A stretch of DNA of 64,000 nucleotides from Lingula anatina (Eukaryota; Animalia; Brachiopoda), in the NCBI GenBank assembly GCA_051362555.1, contig CM120642.1:28892001-28956000 (forward strand), read 5' to 3'. Below are positions 24,996 through 37,930 of this stretch, in pieces (within the stretch, counting starts at the first letter, position 1; each line of letters opens with the position of its first letter). A model generated the notes under the pieces. It was not told the origin of the DNA, did no database searches, and was given only the letters and a program-made list of their open reading frames with translations. The translations under genes were made by a program, and so were the position numbers.

Positions 24996-25732
24996 CAACG
25001 AGGCCGCGCACCTTGTGTGTACTTCCTCAGCTTGTTTTTCTTTTTTATATGTGTTATATCTCTGCAAGCGCAACAATTTATACCTTGAAGCACGTTACAC
25101 AGGTATGAAGTCAAACTCTCGCAACCATTGTCTGCAAATAAATAGGATTAATAAACAGGTACCTCATACCTCTGTTTTGCTTTTAGTTTGCACAAACTTG
25201 CGGTAGCATTGTTCGCCCCCGTTGATCATAAATCAAAGGTTCTATTTTCTTTTTACGAGACTGAGGCCTGCAAATGTCGGTAAGAATCAACATCACGGTC
25301 AAAGGAAATTAAGTGCACCGTTTAGGAGAAACAAGGAGGTGTATTATTCGTTGGTAGAAACGCTATAAAACTTGATTGACCTTTGTTGCCGCGTTGCCAT
25401 TGTCCACGGTTTGACCAATAGGGCACCCTTGAGCCAGAAGAGTCACAGTTGACCTGAGAAGAACGCATTAAGTTCTGGACCAATCACAGCTCACCCAAAA
25501 AAATCCCTGGCGTAGTGAAGTGAGTTGTTTTTCTTGACTCATTTTTGCTGTAACACGTACAACCTTGAAAACATAATTGAAGGAAAGAGAGACAGACAAT
25601 GTCGTGAGGCAGAGGGTGTGGTGTATAGGCCCTACCGATTAGATTCTGGTAGGTTAGAGCTGGGACTTTCAAACTAGTTTACAGTTATCTGCAATACATC
25701 AGTGAAGTCTGAATTATTACTTAATTGGTGAC

Positions 25733-25789
<57 letters not shown>

Positions 25790-25802
25790 CGCACCACACA
25801 AG
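24996..25802. promoter_or_regulatory. Putative bidirectional DUOX/DUOXA promoter with non-coding first exons
   Basis: Minus-strand TATAAAA at 25049-25043 and donor GTGAGT at 24995 suggest a short DUOX 5'-UTR exon; acceptor before 22995. Plus-strand donor AAG|GTATGA at 25803 and acceptor at 26040 for DUOXA. CCAAT at 25415 and 25480, AP-1 TGACTCA at 25535-25541, kB-like GGGACTTTCA at 25662-25671. Confidence 0.5.
25735..25789. repeat. Compound (GT)n(GA)n microsatellite in the putative DUOXA 5' UTR exon
   Basis: Read directly; ends just before the donor at 25803. Confidence 0.95.
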
Positions 25803-26071
25803 GTATGATTATTACCATTCTGAACATTATGTTGAATTTGGCAGTATTCAATTATTTGGATGCTGAAAATTTGCTTCCGACTCCTCGCATGGAACCCAAG
25901 GTTTTGTTTTGCAAACATTCACTTTCAGGCGACGGAGCAGAATTTACAATATTCAGTTCTTTCCCTGAGCATATTGATAAAAAAAGTGATCATGTCAAAT
26001 ACGTAGGAATTCACTACACAGAAATTATGGTCAATTTTAGCACTGACAAGAAGCAAAGACGCAGAAAGAGC

Positions 26072-28420
26072 ATGACCACGTTCACGGGATTTCGTAATGC
26101 GCCCGGGCCCAGCCTTTACCCGTCTACTCCGTCTGCGGTCACAGAAGACGTCACCCTGGGGGCGGTGATCACGTTGGTCGTAATCGTCGCAATCGCTTAC
26201 CTGTGTGTCTTAGTGGGAATACCTGCCAGTGAGGTGGGTGTGACATTTTATATAAAAAGGCCAAACTGGTTTTTTAAAAAAAGGGAATAAATAAGTTTCC
26301 TTCCGTGTTCCTTCCTTGTGGGACTTTTTCATTAAAAACGGTGCAGCATTCAATATTGCACAAGGCATCAAAGAAAAGTTGAGCAGCTCAATCTACGCTC
26401 AACTGATTACACATTGTAGAGCAACATATTGCCTTTCTAATTTTTTTTTCATTTCAGCGATTAAATAGTCTTCTCCGGTATCTTGTGGCAGCCACGATCA
26501 GTGCCTCCATCTTAGGTAAGCGATATTTTCTAATCACTATCACAGTGTGAATTATTCACGTTGATCAATGATATTGTTGAGAGCATTCACAACAAAGTTG
26601 ATCCTCGGACTAACTAGTCCGCGTATCAAATATAGCGCGCACTTGACACTGGATTCCCACCTCCCACGCGCACCGTCCCAGCGGGGGCAGAGCAATTAAA
26701 TTTCGGCACGTTTTCAAGTGGGTAAGGGGGTGGCGCCATATTTGATCCTCGAATTTATTAGTCCCAGGATCAACTTGATCTCAGTGCGCCATTTCATCGC
26801 CTGTTCATCTCATTGCAGTGTCGCTGTACGGGCATGGTTGGTATACAGCCGGTATTAACACCAGCGCCGAGTACAAGCCAACCAGCGCCGACAAAGTTTC
26901 TGTCAGTATTGGAATGCACGTTGGGTTAAAAGAAGTAAATGTTACGATGAAAGGTAATAAAATACGTGGTTAAATGCTAATATAAATGTACATATTGAAT
27001 TTATAGAGAATATTCAACATCAGGGTATCAGTGTCTTATTTTTAAGGCTGATTTATCTTGAGTGACATTATATTTTTGCCTTACTTTAGGAATCCCGGAA
27101 GAACAACTGAACGAAACTATCAATTACAACGAAGTTTTCAAAATGACTGGAGGTAAGTATTTCCTTTTTTACTTTATTACAGTGAATTTTATTCTGTTAC
27201 GTATTTTTTTCAATCTAAAACGGTGTTTTATCACTTGAGTTTTCTTCTTTAAAGTTTCTTCCTTGAAGAAAGATTTTAAGCAGGGTTTAAGAGTTGGCCT
27301 GCCGCTGCCCGTCCTCTATATTGCCGAATACCTCGCCACAGATGCTGGAAACGCAAGATGGGGGAGAAATTTCCGAATGGCTGGGCACTATTGCTATATT
27401 TTCATGTGGTAAGTCGTGACTTATTATAAAATTAATTGTACCTTTAAATAATATTAATGCTCTATTTGTTTATTTTCGTTCGAAAGGGCGAAAGAGCTTG
27501 GGTGATCTTTGTGTTGATTTCAAATTTATCTTATTTCCAAATCATCGTAAATGAAATATAGCCAATATAATATAATTATTGCTGTAGTCAGTAAACGAAG
27601 TTCTATTAAACCATCTAAAAATCATACTTCACAAATTATTTTTTTCATCTGAAGAATCTGAAATGCCTTTTATGACATAATCACTTTCAGGGCGGCTTTC
27701 GCGGTGTGGATGCTGTCTTGCGTCCTATACTTCATGTCGGTGCGGCGAGGAGCGCAGGCCACCCTAATCACCGCTGGCTGCTTGCTGATGGCTAACGTGG
27801 TGTACGCAGCGGTCACCTGGAACCAGCTGGCCATTCCTTTCAGCAATGGGAAGATGCCGGTGGTTCTGGGCTGGTGTTACTGGCTGGCTCTGGCGACAGG
27901 TAAACAAACCATGGTTATAATGATAAATGCATTTTATGCAAGGTTAACTGGATGCGATAAAAATTAAAAGAAAAACTTCGTGTCCTGTAATAATAGGGAC
28001 CGTTCACGATTGAATTCCCCTAGCTGCTGTGCAAAAACTCCACGGGGACTATCGCTGAATGCAATCAGATTAACAGACCAGACTTGCCATCTCTCGTTTC
28101 CAACGTACTCGTATAGTCACCGGCTTTTCTGTATGCTACTCAGCACCAGGAGGAGGCGTGTTTTAAGTTAAAGCTTGTTAATATGATTTCAGTCAGTGCG
28201 TAGAGTCAGTCGTTAGGATGATTCACTTCAGATATTTTCTCGACTTTCAGGAGTGACGTGTTTTATCTTTGGAGTGGCGATTCTCATAGTGGAACGAATA
28301 AGCGCAGACAAAAACGCCACATTCTTCGCTCTCCAAGCACCAGAGCAGGAAGAGGAAGACGAGCAAGTGGAAAAAGAACAAGGAGAAGACGATGAAAATA
28401 TTGAATGTGTAAAACTTTGA
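26072..28420 (+). CDS. DUOXA: Dual oxidase maturation factor (DUOXA/NIP family)
   Basis: Exons 26072-26233, 26458-26515, 26819-26953, 27090-27152, 27255-27408, 27691-27899, 28251-28420, all GT-AG and phase-consistent. Family motifs: IGMHVGLKEVNVTMKG, NETINYNEVF, GLPLPVLYIAEYL, WGRNFRMAGHY, LGWCYWLALATG. Multiple TM segments. Confidence 0.95.
26595..26776. mobile_element. MITE in DUOXA intron 2
   Basis: ~40-bp imperfect TIRs AAGTTGATCCTCGGACTAA...ATCAAATAT / ATATTTGAT...TTAGTCCCAGGATCAACTT. Confidence 0.7.
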
Positions 28421-29331
28421 CTACATATAGGCCAGTGCTTGCGCCTACGATCTGATCTCTAACGAAATTGGCGGTCTATAAAAGCTCTGTGTGATGTTTA
28501 GAAACTAGCTTCTTAAATTTACTGTAATTAAACAGTAAAATTTAGGGGACAATTGTTCACAAAGTCACAGTTACCAGGTAGGCTACTAATTGAAAATATA
28601 CTTTTAAACATTATTAATAGATTTGATAATTGAAATTTCCCTTCAAGTCTCGTGGCCCGTTTCAAGTTTGAAAACGACCCAAGAAGACCATTTAAGTTTC
28701 ATAATAATGACTTTATAGTATGATCAGAAGTGCTGTAACTTTTAAGCATGGTTCTCATTGAACGCAACACGGAATATAAACATATTAGTGCACCAGCTTT
28801 ATATATGTGTAAATACAGCATATGTATATCCATAGAGTTCATGATTTCTTTGCTTGTACAAGAAAAATAAGTTTCCTGTCAAGAAGGGGCTTTCTAATCG
28901 CAATCATTGATCCGCAAGCCTAACAAAAAGATTGGTTCCTTACTTTTAAGTGGCCATAAAAGGCCAGTCAAAAGGCCAGTTTGCGACCGCGGCGGTCGAT
29001 GACCAACACCTCCTCGAGCGGTCATTCACACGCACTTTACCTTACCTGCAGTTAAATCAAGGACGTATATTCAATATACGTCCTTGGTTAAATCAACAGA
29101 GGAAAGTAATGGTCCGTGTTGTGTGGCCTTGGGCTTAAGAAACTTCGTTTTTTCTTGCATAACAGAACGCTTGGAGGACTTACAAGAAGTTAATGGAAAA
29201 TAATATCAGACTGCTTGCAAAATTGTTAGTTAAAATATGCGATACAGAAGACGATTGTATACATTAAGTCTTTTAGTGTCTTATGAGCCAAAAGTGCTGG
29301 GCGTTTCTCCTTAATATGTATTACGTAACTA

Positions 29332-29874
29332 TACTGACAGTCAACGCATCAGAAAACTCTCTTGTACTTTTTTTTTACCGAGAATCGATTCCAACCATAT
29401 AAACGAGTACAAATGCACTTGTTTAGTCACAAGAGAGTGGACTGACCACTCGGGTGTTTAAAATTTCCGCTTCAATGATTTTGTGATCAGCTGTTACAAA
29501 ACCGTGTGTTTTTCTTGTCTCGTGATTGGTGTGAATTAATCAGGTTCAATATATGGTGATTAATTAAGCCTATTTAAGGTAGTCACCAAATCCAGTATGA
29601 CACATGACAAAAAAAGTTCAGTGTGGCACTGATGCCACGTCTGACACTGGAAGAGCGACTGCGGGCCCTGGGGATGCTGGAGGCTGGGCGGAACCAAAGA
29701 GATTTGATCACGTGACCTTGCATTTTAATGATCTTTTCTGACCTTTATTTCACCTTCACCTGTGACAGAATAATGTGTCATATTTCGCACGAAAAATGTT
29801 ATATTCTTAATGTGCCAAATTAACTTAAAATGTTATTTGATAAATAAATGATGCGTTTTCATTGACTGTCAGTA
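29332..29874 (+). mobile_element. Internally deleted Tc1/mariner element
   Basis: TIRs TACTGACAGTCAA / TTGACTGTCAGTA with TA on both flanks. Transposase start at 29632 (MPRLTLEERLRALGMLEAGRNQRD, HTH) is then truncated. Confidence 0.85.
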
Positions 29875-31409
29875 TATTATAAATTAACGAATGAAATTAA
29901 TGAAATATAGTTGACGTGCTTTTGAAGTTAGAACTTTTACGTTAAGCTTGCGATACAGTCCTTACATGTGTGTAACAATATCCTCTAAAATAGGAAGTTA
30001 AATAAATGAATAAAATGCATATACGAAAACCAATAAAAACGGCAATTTTATTTTATGAAAACAGTAATCATACCCATGATGATTTGAATGTTGTGGAGAT
30101 TCAGTTTGTAAAAGCAATGTTTTTTATGACGTTTTGAGAGAATGTACAGAGGGAAAACTCTACAAACTGACAAATATACAGATACTAAGCAGAAAAAGGC
30201 ACTTCTTATTTCACTGAAGCAGGCACATACAAGTAAAATATGACTTTTGTAAACATCGTCCAATGGTGATAATTTTCGAAAGAAATTGAATTGAGCTACT
30301 GCATTTAAAGCGTAATTTAGCAATATTTTCTGCCAGATTTAGTGTGATCTTTTCTTCTTCTGATAGAAAGCGTATCTTAGTTTTTCTCGCAATGGCCTGT
30401 GTGCAGTACATCCATATATGAAGAATTTGTGTAGTGAGGGACTTTTTTGTTTTTAGATATCTGTGGAGTAAAAAGTAGACGTGAACAACTCTCCAGAATC
30501 ACGTGAGCAAATACACTAAAGGTCATAGAAAGATGCGGTTCACCCATCCATGGTAGCCTTATGGTATTTAATACATAAAATGTTTAAATCCAACTTTGTA
30601 CTCCTACCACAAATTTTGACATATCTCTTCAGATTTATTAAAGTTTTTTTGAGCTTTCATGTGAAAAAAAAAACTGGTTTACTGGAACATTGTCTGTGGC
30701 ACTTACCGACCCCCCCCCCTACCAGGCTCCTACGCCTATAGCTGTGTCAATAATTCTCACATTGTATTTGCCATCGCTTTCAAAGCCATAGTTCAACATA
30801 AATGACCCTCAAAATTAATCATAAAAGAAGGTGAGGGGCAATTCTAGTACCGCAATCAATCCATACTTATATCAAATTGATGTTTCTCTTCAATCCCCAT
30901 GGTTAACCCTGGCTTTTAAAAGGTACCCACGTCCTTAAACTAAAAACGCACACTGAGCACAAAGATATACAGAGAGGGTCCATTAAGGGCAAATTCCTTC
31001 AGAGGTGCTAGATGCATTTCACAAATAAACACAACCTTGTAGCCAAAGCAAACTGCAATTTCTTTATAATAGCCTATATTTACTACTACTACAAAAGGAT
31101 TATAATATGAAGTTTTCAATGTATTGCCTGCTGGCTACGACCCCATATCATAGGTTAATACTTAACACCATTTTCTCGTTCCTTTCTCACAAAAGCCGCC
31201 GGCTGAGTGGTGTCAATCCTTTGCAAAAAATCCCTCTCCATAGAAAATAAAAGTATAAAGAATGAGCTAGAGAAATATCTGTAAATATTACGTTAAAAAT
31301 CTATCTGTGGCCCTGGTAATGGGTACTTCATTGTTCTGGGTTTAAAGGGCTGGAGGTGAAAATGGCACAAGTCTCGAAGTACTAATCATTGAAGCATTAG
31401 CGATTCTTG

Positions 31410-31676
31410 TAGCTCATAGCATTGGCAGGTTTAGGGGGTGTTTGGGGGGGGGGGGGAAGTCCGGACCCCCCACCTTCGATAAAAAAACAAACAAAAAAAA
31501 AAGACCAGTGGTCCCCTCTTGAAATTAGAATTTTGAGTAGCTGAATCAAGTGGCACCATGCGCCCTCTAAAACACCCAAGTTTTTTCGGGACCCTTCAGC
31601 AGGCCCCAACCCCATGCCAAGGGGGGTCGGATATGTATCCGCGCCCCCCTTCAAATAATCCTGAATCCGCCCCTGC
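31410..31676. mobile_element. hAT-like G/C-rich MITE remnant
   Basis: Ends in CCTGAATCCGCCCCTG with poly-G/C tracts, resembling the other CAG-terminated MITEs in the window. Confidence 0.5.
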
Positions 31677-32351
31677 ATAGCATATGTCAACATTTTATGT
31701 AAAGCATTAAAAATTTTGGTCAACACTCCAAATGTGATTGTGCAGTGGTGTTGACCCTAAAAATGACCATGTAATAATGTGAATGGCAAAGCCGTGGCTT
31801 TCCTCATTAAATTTTTATTAAAAGACCTAACTAGGGTATGATTTGGAAACATGATGCTCGTTTCAAATTTCTTAGCTTGCAGTTTTCACTTGGGTTTTAT
31901 TTTTACATTTGCCATTTGCAAATCAGGAGTGATTATAAATTTCAGATTAAATCTTCTTGAAAATTTGTGCCTCAGACGGTCACGTCGTATTCAAAGTTAC
32001 ATCGCATAATGGCTTTTGTTAAACAGTAAATTATGAACAGAACTAATTGACTTCAAAAGATAATAGTAATAAGTTTCGCACATGTTTCTGTCAAAGTCGT
32101 TATCCACTCTCATTGCTCTTCGCAAGGAACAAATCATTACAATCAGACAACATAAAACAAACAAATTACGTACATTAAAAAAATCAATTTTATTGATGTA
32201 ATCAATACACCGAATTCTTTCACTTGCAAAACATTTTTTTAAATTGAATTTACTCTTAAAACATTAATAATCTATCTATCTATCTATCTATCCTCAATAC
32301 TTTGAGCAGTTATCTTACTATATCTTTGATGACAAGAGGTATATAGAGATT

Positions 32352-32466
32352 TTAGATCGATTTCACAACACATAACTATGTCCTACTGTATAATAATGTT
32401 AAATATATACAAACTTCCCAGATTTCAGATCGCTTTCACAACACATAACTATGTCCTACTGTATAA
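32352..32466. repeat. ~74-bp tandem duplication
   Basis: AGATCG.TTTCACAACACATAACTATGTCCTACTGTATAA occurs twice. Confidence 0.8.
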
Positions 32467-33009
32467 AAATGTTAATTGTAGAACTTTTGTCAGTTGCATC
32501 ATAACATTATATGTGGAACTTAAGTCAGTTGAATTACAAGATATAAAATATAATTATAGCCAATGAAACTACCTGCAGGTTAACAAATAGAATGCAAAAT
32601 GTTTGCTGTATAGACAGCTTGGTCACAATTTTGATAGGTGTATATATTTCTGAGAGCATAAAAGTGATGAAAAATTCTCAATGGAAAGATAACCTAAAAT
32701 GGCCAAGAAAATATCGTGGCAGGACACACTATTGTTTAAAATACACACAAGTTGTCTTAAATAATGACACTGTAAGGTACAAAGCAACACCGAAAATATG
32801 TCCACATCAACAGTGCACAAAGCAATACATGCAAGGCACCCGACATCACTGTTTGTCAGCATACAATAACATTGTATAGGGGTATAGGGCAATGTTAAGT
32901 AGGTATTATGCCATGCATTCAAAGAGCACCAAAATCACAAGGAAAGCCTACTGTCATGGGCTATCATAAGGTTTAAAGTGAAAACCCCTCTTCTATATAC
33001 CGAGTAGTT

Positions 33010-33510
33010 CCTTTTGCCAGGTAAGGTCAATGGAACCCCTCAAGAAGACCCAGGCAGGTGGCTGTGGCATCTGAAAATTATACCACCTATCGCAACATGA
33101 ATGAGGCACAGCAACTTGCTTCCTACTCACTGTTGCTGAGAAATGCCGCCCAGGATTGGTTTGACACGCTGTCAGATCAACAAAAAGGTACCCAAGACTC
33201 CTTAAAGCAAGTCTTTAGGTAGGGCTTTAAACCAACGGAGAATCCAAGATGGGTTACGGTCTCGAAATTATTTCACAAGACTCCGAAACCAGACCAGCCA
33301 ATTCAAGGCTACATCGCTGAAATGAGACGCGAGGCCACGAAAGTCCAGCTCCATACTGAGCATACCATTCAGGCAATCCTGCATGGGGTTTTACCTGAAA
33401 TCAGGCCGTTTGTAGATCAACATGCTCCGCAGACATTTGAGCACCTCGTCCAGCATGCCTGCCGAGCTGATACAGCAGTTCAGCCCTCATCAGCCATGGT
33501 GACACTGAAC
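33010..33510 (+). mobile_element. Decayed Ty3/Gypsy gag (capsid) remnant
   Basis: LLLRNAAQDWFDTL...SLKQVF*, then after a frameshift QPIQGYIAEMRREA...ILHGVLPEIRPFV..HAPQTFEHLVQHA. Contains stops and frameshifts. Confidence 0.7.
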
Positions 33511-36399
33511 GCCCTGAGCACCCAATTAGATAAAATAAAATCCACAACTACCAAGATGACAACATAACCTGAAAGCCCTGCCCAAGGTCCTGTGCAACCA
33601 GGCACTGATCGCCAACTTCGATTTCGCCACTCCCAAGGCATTCAGCCATCACGCAGATACCCTGGTGAGGTCTGCTTCTTCCTGGCCATATTGTTCAACC
33701 AAACAAGAGCACCAACCTACCAGAGCCAGAGGGTTATCATCATCCTTGGTGACCCAGTGCCCAATCCCCATCTGACTTGAACTGGAATGAGTAAGTGTCC
33801 TCAAATAGCATTCCTCACTATGGCTGATCTAACTCCAATATACAGACGCCTCCCGTTGCCACTATGGGCGTACACCACCATCCAGGATACCTGGGCCACC
33901 AACACCACAATACCACCACCTCATGTACCCAACAGACCAGCACCCTCAGGATCTAGCTCTAACGATTCATCTTTTTAATCTTAATGGACAAATCTAACTT
34001 TCAAACTGTGCAAAGGTCACTATTAGACAGATATGGGCCCAGTCCCACAATTAAAGCTATGATGGTTATTCATAAATTTGCGTACCACGACAGAGTAGAA
34101 AGTGCTAAGAATGTATCCAAGTAGAGGGAGGATACATAAGATACTGACAACTATGGTCAGTTTTTATTATACATGCGATAACTTTTTTAATTAAAATTGA
34201 TTGACACATAGCTCTGGCACATTATCACACGCAGTTCACTGCACGTCGCTGTTTCTATGGCAACATGGCTTTGTTAGACAGCAGAAAATCAGACAGCCTA
34301 GTAATTGTTTGTGCTTCGACCAACTTACACTGTGCATGGAATATAATTTCCAAAGATATCTTAAAGTGTAGGGCTTGGTCAAGCAAAGAGTATGCTTGTT
34401 TTATAGCTGTACTACCTTGTATTATATATGAGAATACTTCTTTGTAAGTGTATACACTGAAGAAGACTTTTTAAGGTGACTACATAGCTAAGAATAAATA
34501 GTAGTAAGACGTGCAGAATAAACTTTTTCTTTAACCGAAGATGGGGAACTAATAAAGGACATAAGAATTAATTTTTTCGTTCAATGTATGAATGTGATGG
34601 ATTATCCGTGACTAACTGTTTACTATTGAACAGTCTCTTTTGGGTGACCCACACATAACATAAGAGAAAGTGCACAAGTTACTAGGGAGAATGTGAAATC
34701 AAAGACAGAAAAACACTGGAAGAGAGGTAAATAAAAAAGAATCAATTAGCTTTTACAGGTAAATATTATGCAAAAGAAGTAACCATTTGTTAGACAACTA
34801 GAAGGCGAAAAACTTTTCACAGCATACTGCCATATAAAAAGAAGGGACACACACACTGCAAATTCAGCTAGAACACCATAATGATTTTGTTGCAGGAATA
34901 TTGAAGAGGGCATCCATGAGATACCTATTTATCCTGAGTGTAGAAATAGTAGCAGTGGCCAAGGGCAGCAGTACAGAGACAGAACAGGAAACTCAAAATC
35001 ACTGGCAGAAATTGGTGTTGCTGACACCTTGTTGGCAAAAAAGATGGTCATCTACAGAAGCATGAACAGAGTAGTACCATTTCTTTGGTACATCATCACA
35101 ATTTTTTTTCTTTAAAGGTTACCTGCTCCAGTGCCAGATACTTGGCATAAAAAGATAGCTGACAGAGACTATGCCATGATTTTGAAGTATATGGTTGCAT
35201 TGATGGGTTTTCCAGGAGAATTATTTGGTTAAAGTATAACCACACAAACCATAAGAGTTCAATCATATGTAAATATTTCTTAGACACAATTAGACAAATG
35301 GGTTACATATGTCCCGAGGTAGTAAGAACTGAGAGCAGTACTGACAATTCAGTACTAGCCCCAGCTTGGCGTGCAGTGTGTCCTGATAAAGAATGCGCCA
35401 AACCATAGGTATGGGAAATCTCCCAGCAACCAAAGGAATGAACAGGGGTGGCCCAGCACCTCCAGCAAGAGACAAGTACCTTTTTAAGTGGAAGGCGTTC
35501 CCTTATAGCAGAAATACTTGGGAACCAATTGTAAACCTTGTATATTAATTCAAATAACATAGTGACAAGAGAGAGAAAAAATCGAGCAAGGGGTGTGAGA
35601 ATTGAAAAGAACATGCCTGGATTAAATTAATAAACAAAAACAACTAAAATTGATATGTCATTACACAGACAGTGCAGTGGGTGCAGCAAATATGATGAAA
35701 TCCTACTCTTATTGGACAGAATTAAGAATCAATCTGTCCATTCTTAAGAATAACATCAATTTACTGTTATGGAAACCCTTAAAGAAAATGCCCATGAAAT
35801 CCCTACTTCCTCCCACCTTTCTGTAATTCCCCAGCCAAAGGTCAACGATGATGGGCAGGTATCTTTTACCATGCCCCTCGCAGAGAAAAGAAATCCCCCC
35901 ATATTGCCCTATCATTGGCAATGCGCCTTCCAGGTTTTCAGCATAATATACTTACAATGCTTTCCTGCAAACCTCCTACACCTGGCCCCGCCCTCCCAGG
36001 CGAGGCTCAGTACCTGATACCCTCCCATCAGGAACAAACTTCTCAAGGCAAGAGCTTCTAATCTACTTCAGACCAAGATGTCCTCAAGGCACAGGGCTGT
36101 CACCACTCTATCCACGTTACATGGTATTCATCTGATGAACGGCGTCAGAAGATATGACAAAGCGCAAAGCGAGTAGACCTCCATGATTGCATTGTGGCTA
36201 AGCATTCCTACAAAATGAAATCCAGACGCTGGTACCTGTGCATATTTTGGCAAAATATACGGATGATGTTTGTTAATTCTTGGTATCTTACCACTGCAAA
36301 CATGCTGTGCTCAAGGTGCTAAAAAGAGAAATCCTAAACCAACATGTTTTTCAGACAATATTGGCTACTCTTCACATAGGAACCAATTATTATGAGCAT

Positions 36400-36910
36400 C
36401 TGAAGAACATTGTTGATTGGGAGTTTTTTTATATTACTGGCCACACCCTTTTGAAATGGTACATGGAAAACGGTCTTCGCATCTCTCATATCTACCAGGT
36501 AGTCGAATACACACCACAATCCTCTTTTGAGCACTTCAGAAACGCCCTGAGTGACGCTCACAGCAAGAGAGACAGGGACAAGTCCAAGGCCATCGTGGCC
36601 GACACCATGAAACTCATTGGTAATTCCGGCGACGGTAAAACAGTCACCAACAAAGAAAAGTACCATGACACCAAGTCATGCAAAAATTTGTGGATCTGTC
36701 CAAAATTGTGAAATGGACACAGATTCCGCTTACATTGCCTTTTCGGTGGATAGCTTAAAATACTTAATTAAACCTCATATGAGGAAGCGTACAAAGCAGA
36801 AAAACATCTATGGTTACTGATACGCCTGAAAACGTACCCCAGATTATTTAAAGCAGAGTGGATTGGTAACAGTATCGTTGGTCTTTGCAGTAAGACATAT
36901 TACTGCTACA
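36400..36910 (+). mobile_element. Decayed protein-primed family-B DNA polymerase (Polinton/Maverick/adintovirus type)
   Basis: LLKWYMENGLRISHIYQVVEY...MKLIGNSGDGKTVTNKEK (motif B), EMDTDSAYIA (motif C), LFKAEW.G..IVGLCSKTYYC. Frameshifted and internally deleted. Confidence 0.85.
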
Positions 36911-37559
36911 GAGAGGATACAAAGTCCAAGTTCTGCAGATCTGCCATCTGGAGGTAAATAATTTGTTTGTCAAAATGCAGCAAAAAATTTGAGCCAGCTG
37001 ACACAATAAATGAACAAAGTACTACAAGGCCCCAGCGGACTAATTGTACAAATAACAGCTAAGTGTCATTTCAGCAATCACCAGGTAGAAGACAAAGAAA
37101 AACAGTAGAGAAAGAAGCTGGGAGAGAATAAGCGAGAGAGAAAGAAAGAGCACATGCTGTGGTAAGTGGACACTACTGCCACGACCCCTGTAACACCCAA
37201 CTGACATCCAAATGGAGACGACTCAGACAGCAGGGACTCAGAGGCTGCTGGGCTGTGGAGTAGCATCTTGCCCAGTGCTAACCTATGCCAAACAGGCACA
37301 TCAGAGGAGGAAGACTTGCCAGACCTAGAGTAACCATAGACGATAAATTTTAAGAAAAGAATTTGAATTATTTTTTTCAAATTGGGCTACAATTCCAGTA
37401 ATGCTATCAACCAACAGTACTATAAATCTTTAAAATGCATGGAAGGGAATCATCTACGTCACCAATATGCAGCAGAATATGGGAACACACGCAGAGGAAA
37501 ACTTTAAGACCCAAGTTGCCCTTTGACCGGCCAATCACTATATTACCAAAAAGTTGAGT

Positions 37560-37930
37560 ACAGGAACTCATTCACCAGCAACCAGGACTGTTGATGAGAC
37601 TGTTGGTCGTCAAAACAGGCGTATTTCAGCCCAGACAGTAAGGAACCGCCTGCGGGAGGCTGGACTTCAAGCACGTCGTCCACACCAGGGCCTCGACCTC
37701 ACGGCGGTCCGACGTCGGACCCGATTGAATTGGGCCAATGTGCGCTGGACACTTGCACGGTGGAGGACAGTGCTCTTCAGTGATGAATCCCGGTTCCAGC
37801 TGCACCAGGCTGATGGCAGATGCCGTGTTTGGCACCGTGTTGGTGAGCGTTTTGTCGACGCTAATGTCCTTCGACGGGTGGCTAATGGTGGAGGTAGTGT
37901 AATGGTATGGGCCGGCATTTTCTATGGCAT
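37560..37930 (+). mobile_element. Tc1-family transposase fragment
   Basis: ISAQTVRNRLREAGL.ARRP (second HTH), WRTVLFSDESRF (first catalytic D), GGGSVMVWAGI. No TIRs found. Confidence 0.92.

Noticed and set aside
25805-26071. N-terminal extension of DUOXA in the 161-aa ORF
   Set aside because: The region is bounded by a donor (25803) and an acceptor (26040), so it is probably intron; family similarity starts at MTTFTGFR.
28406-28420. CaaX or PTS1 signal at the DUOXA C-terminus (CVKL)
   Set aside because: Lys at the a2 position disfavours prenylation and VKL is not a canonical PTS1.
37000-37340. Charged low-complexity reading frame (KEKQ*RKK...SEEEDLPDLE)
   Set aside because: Several stops and no diagnostic motif; possibly a transposase tail but not assignable.
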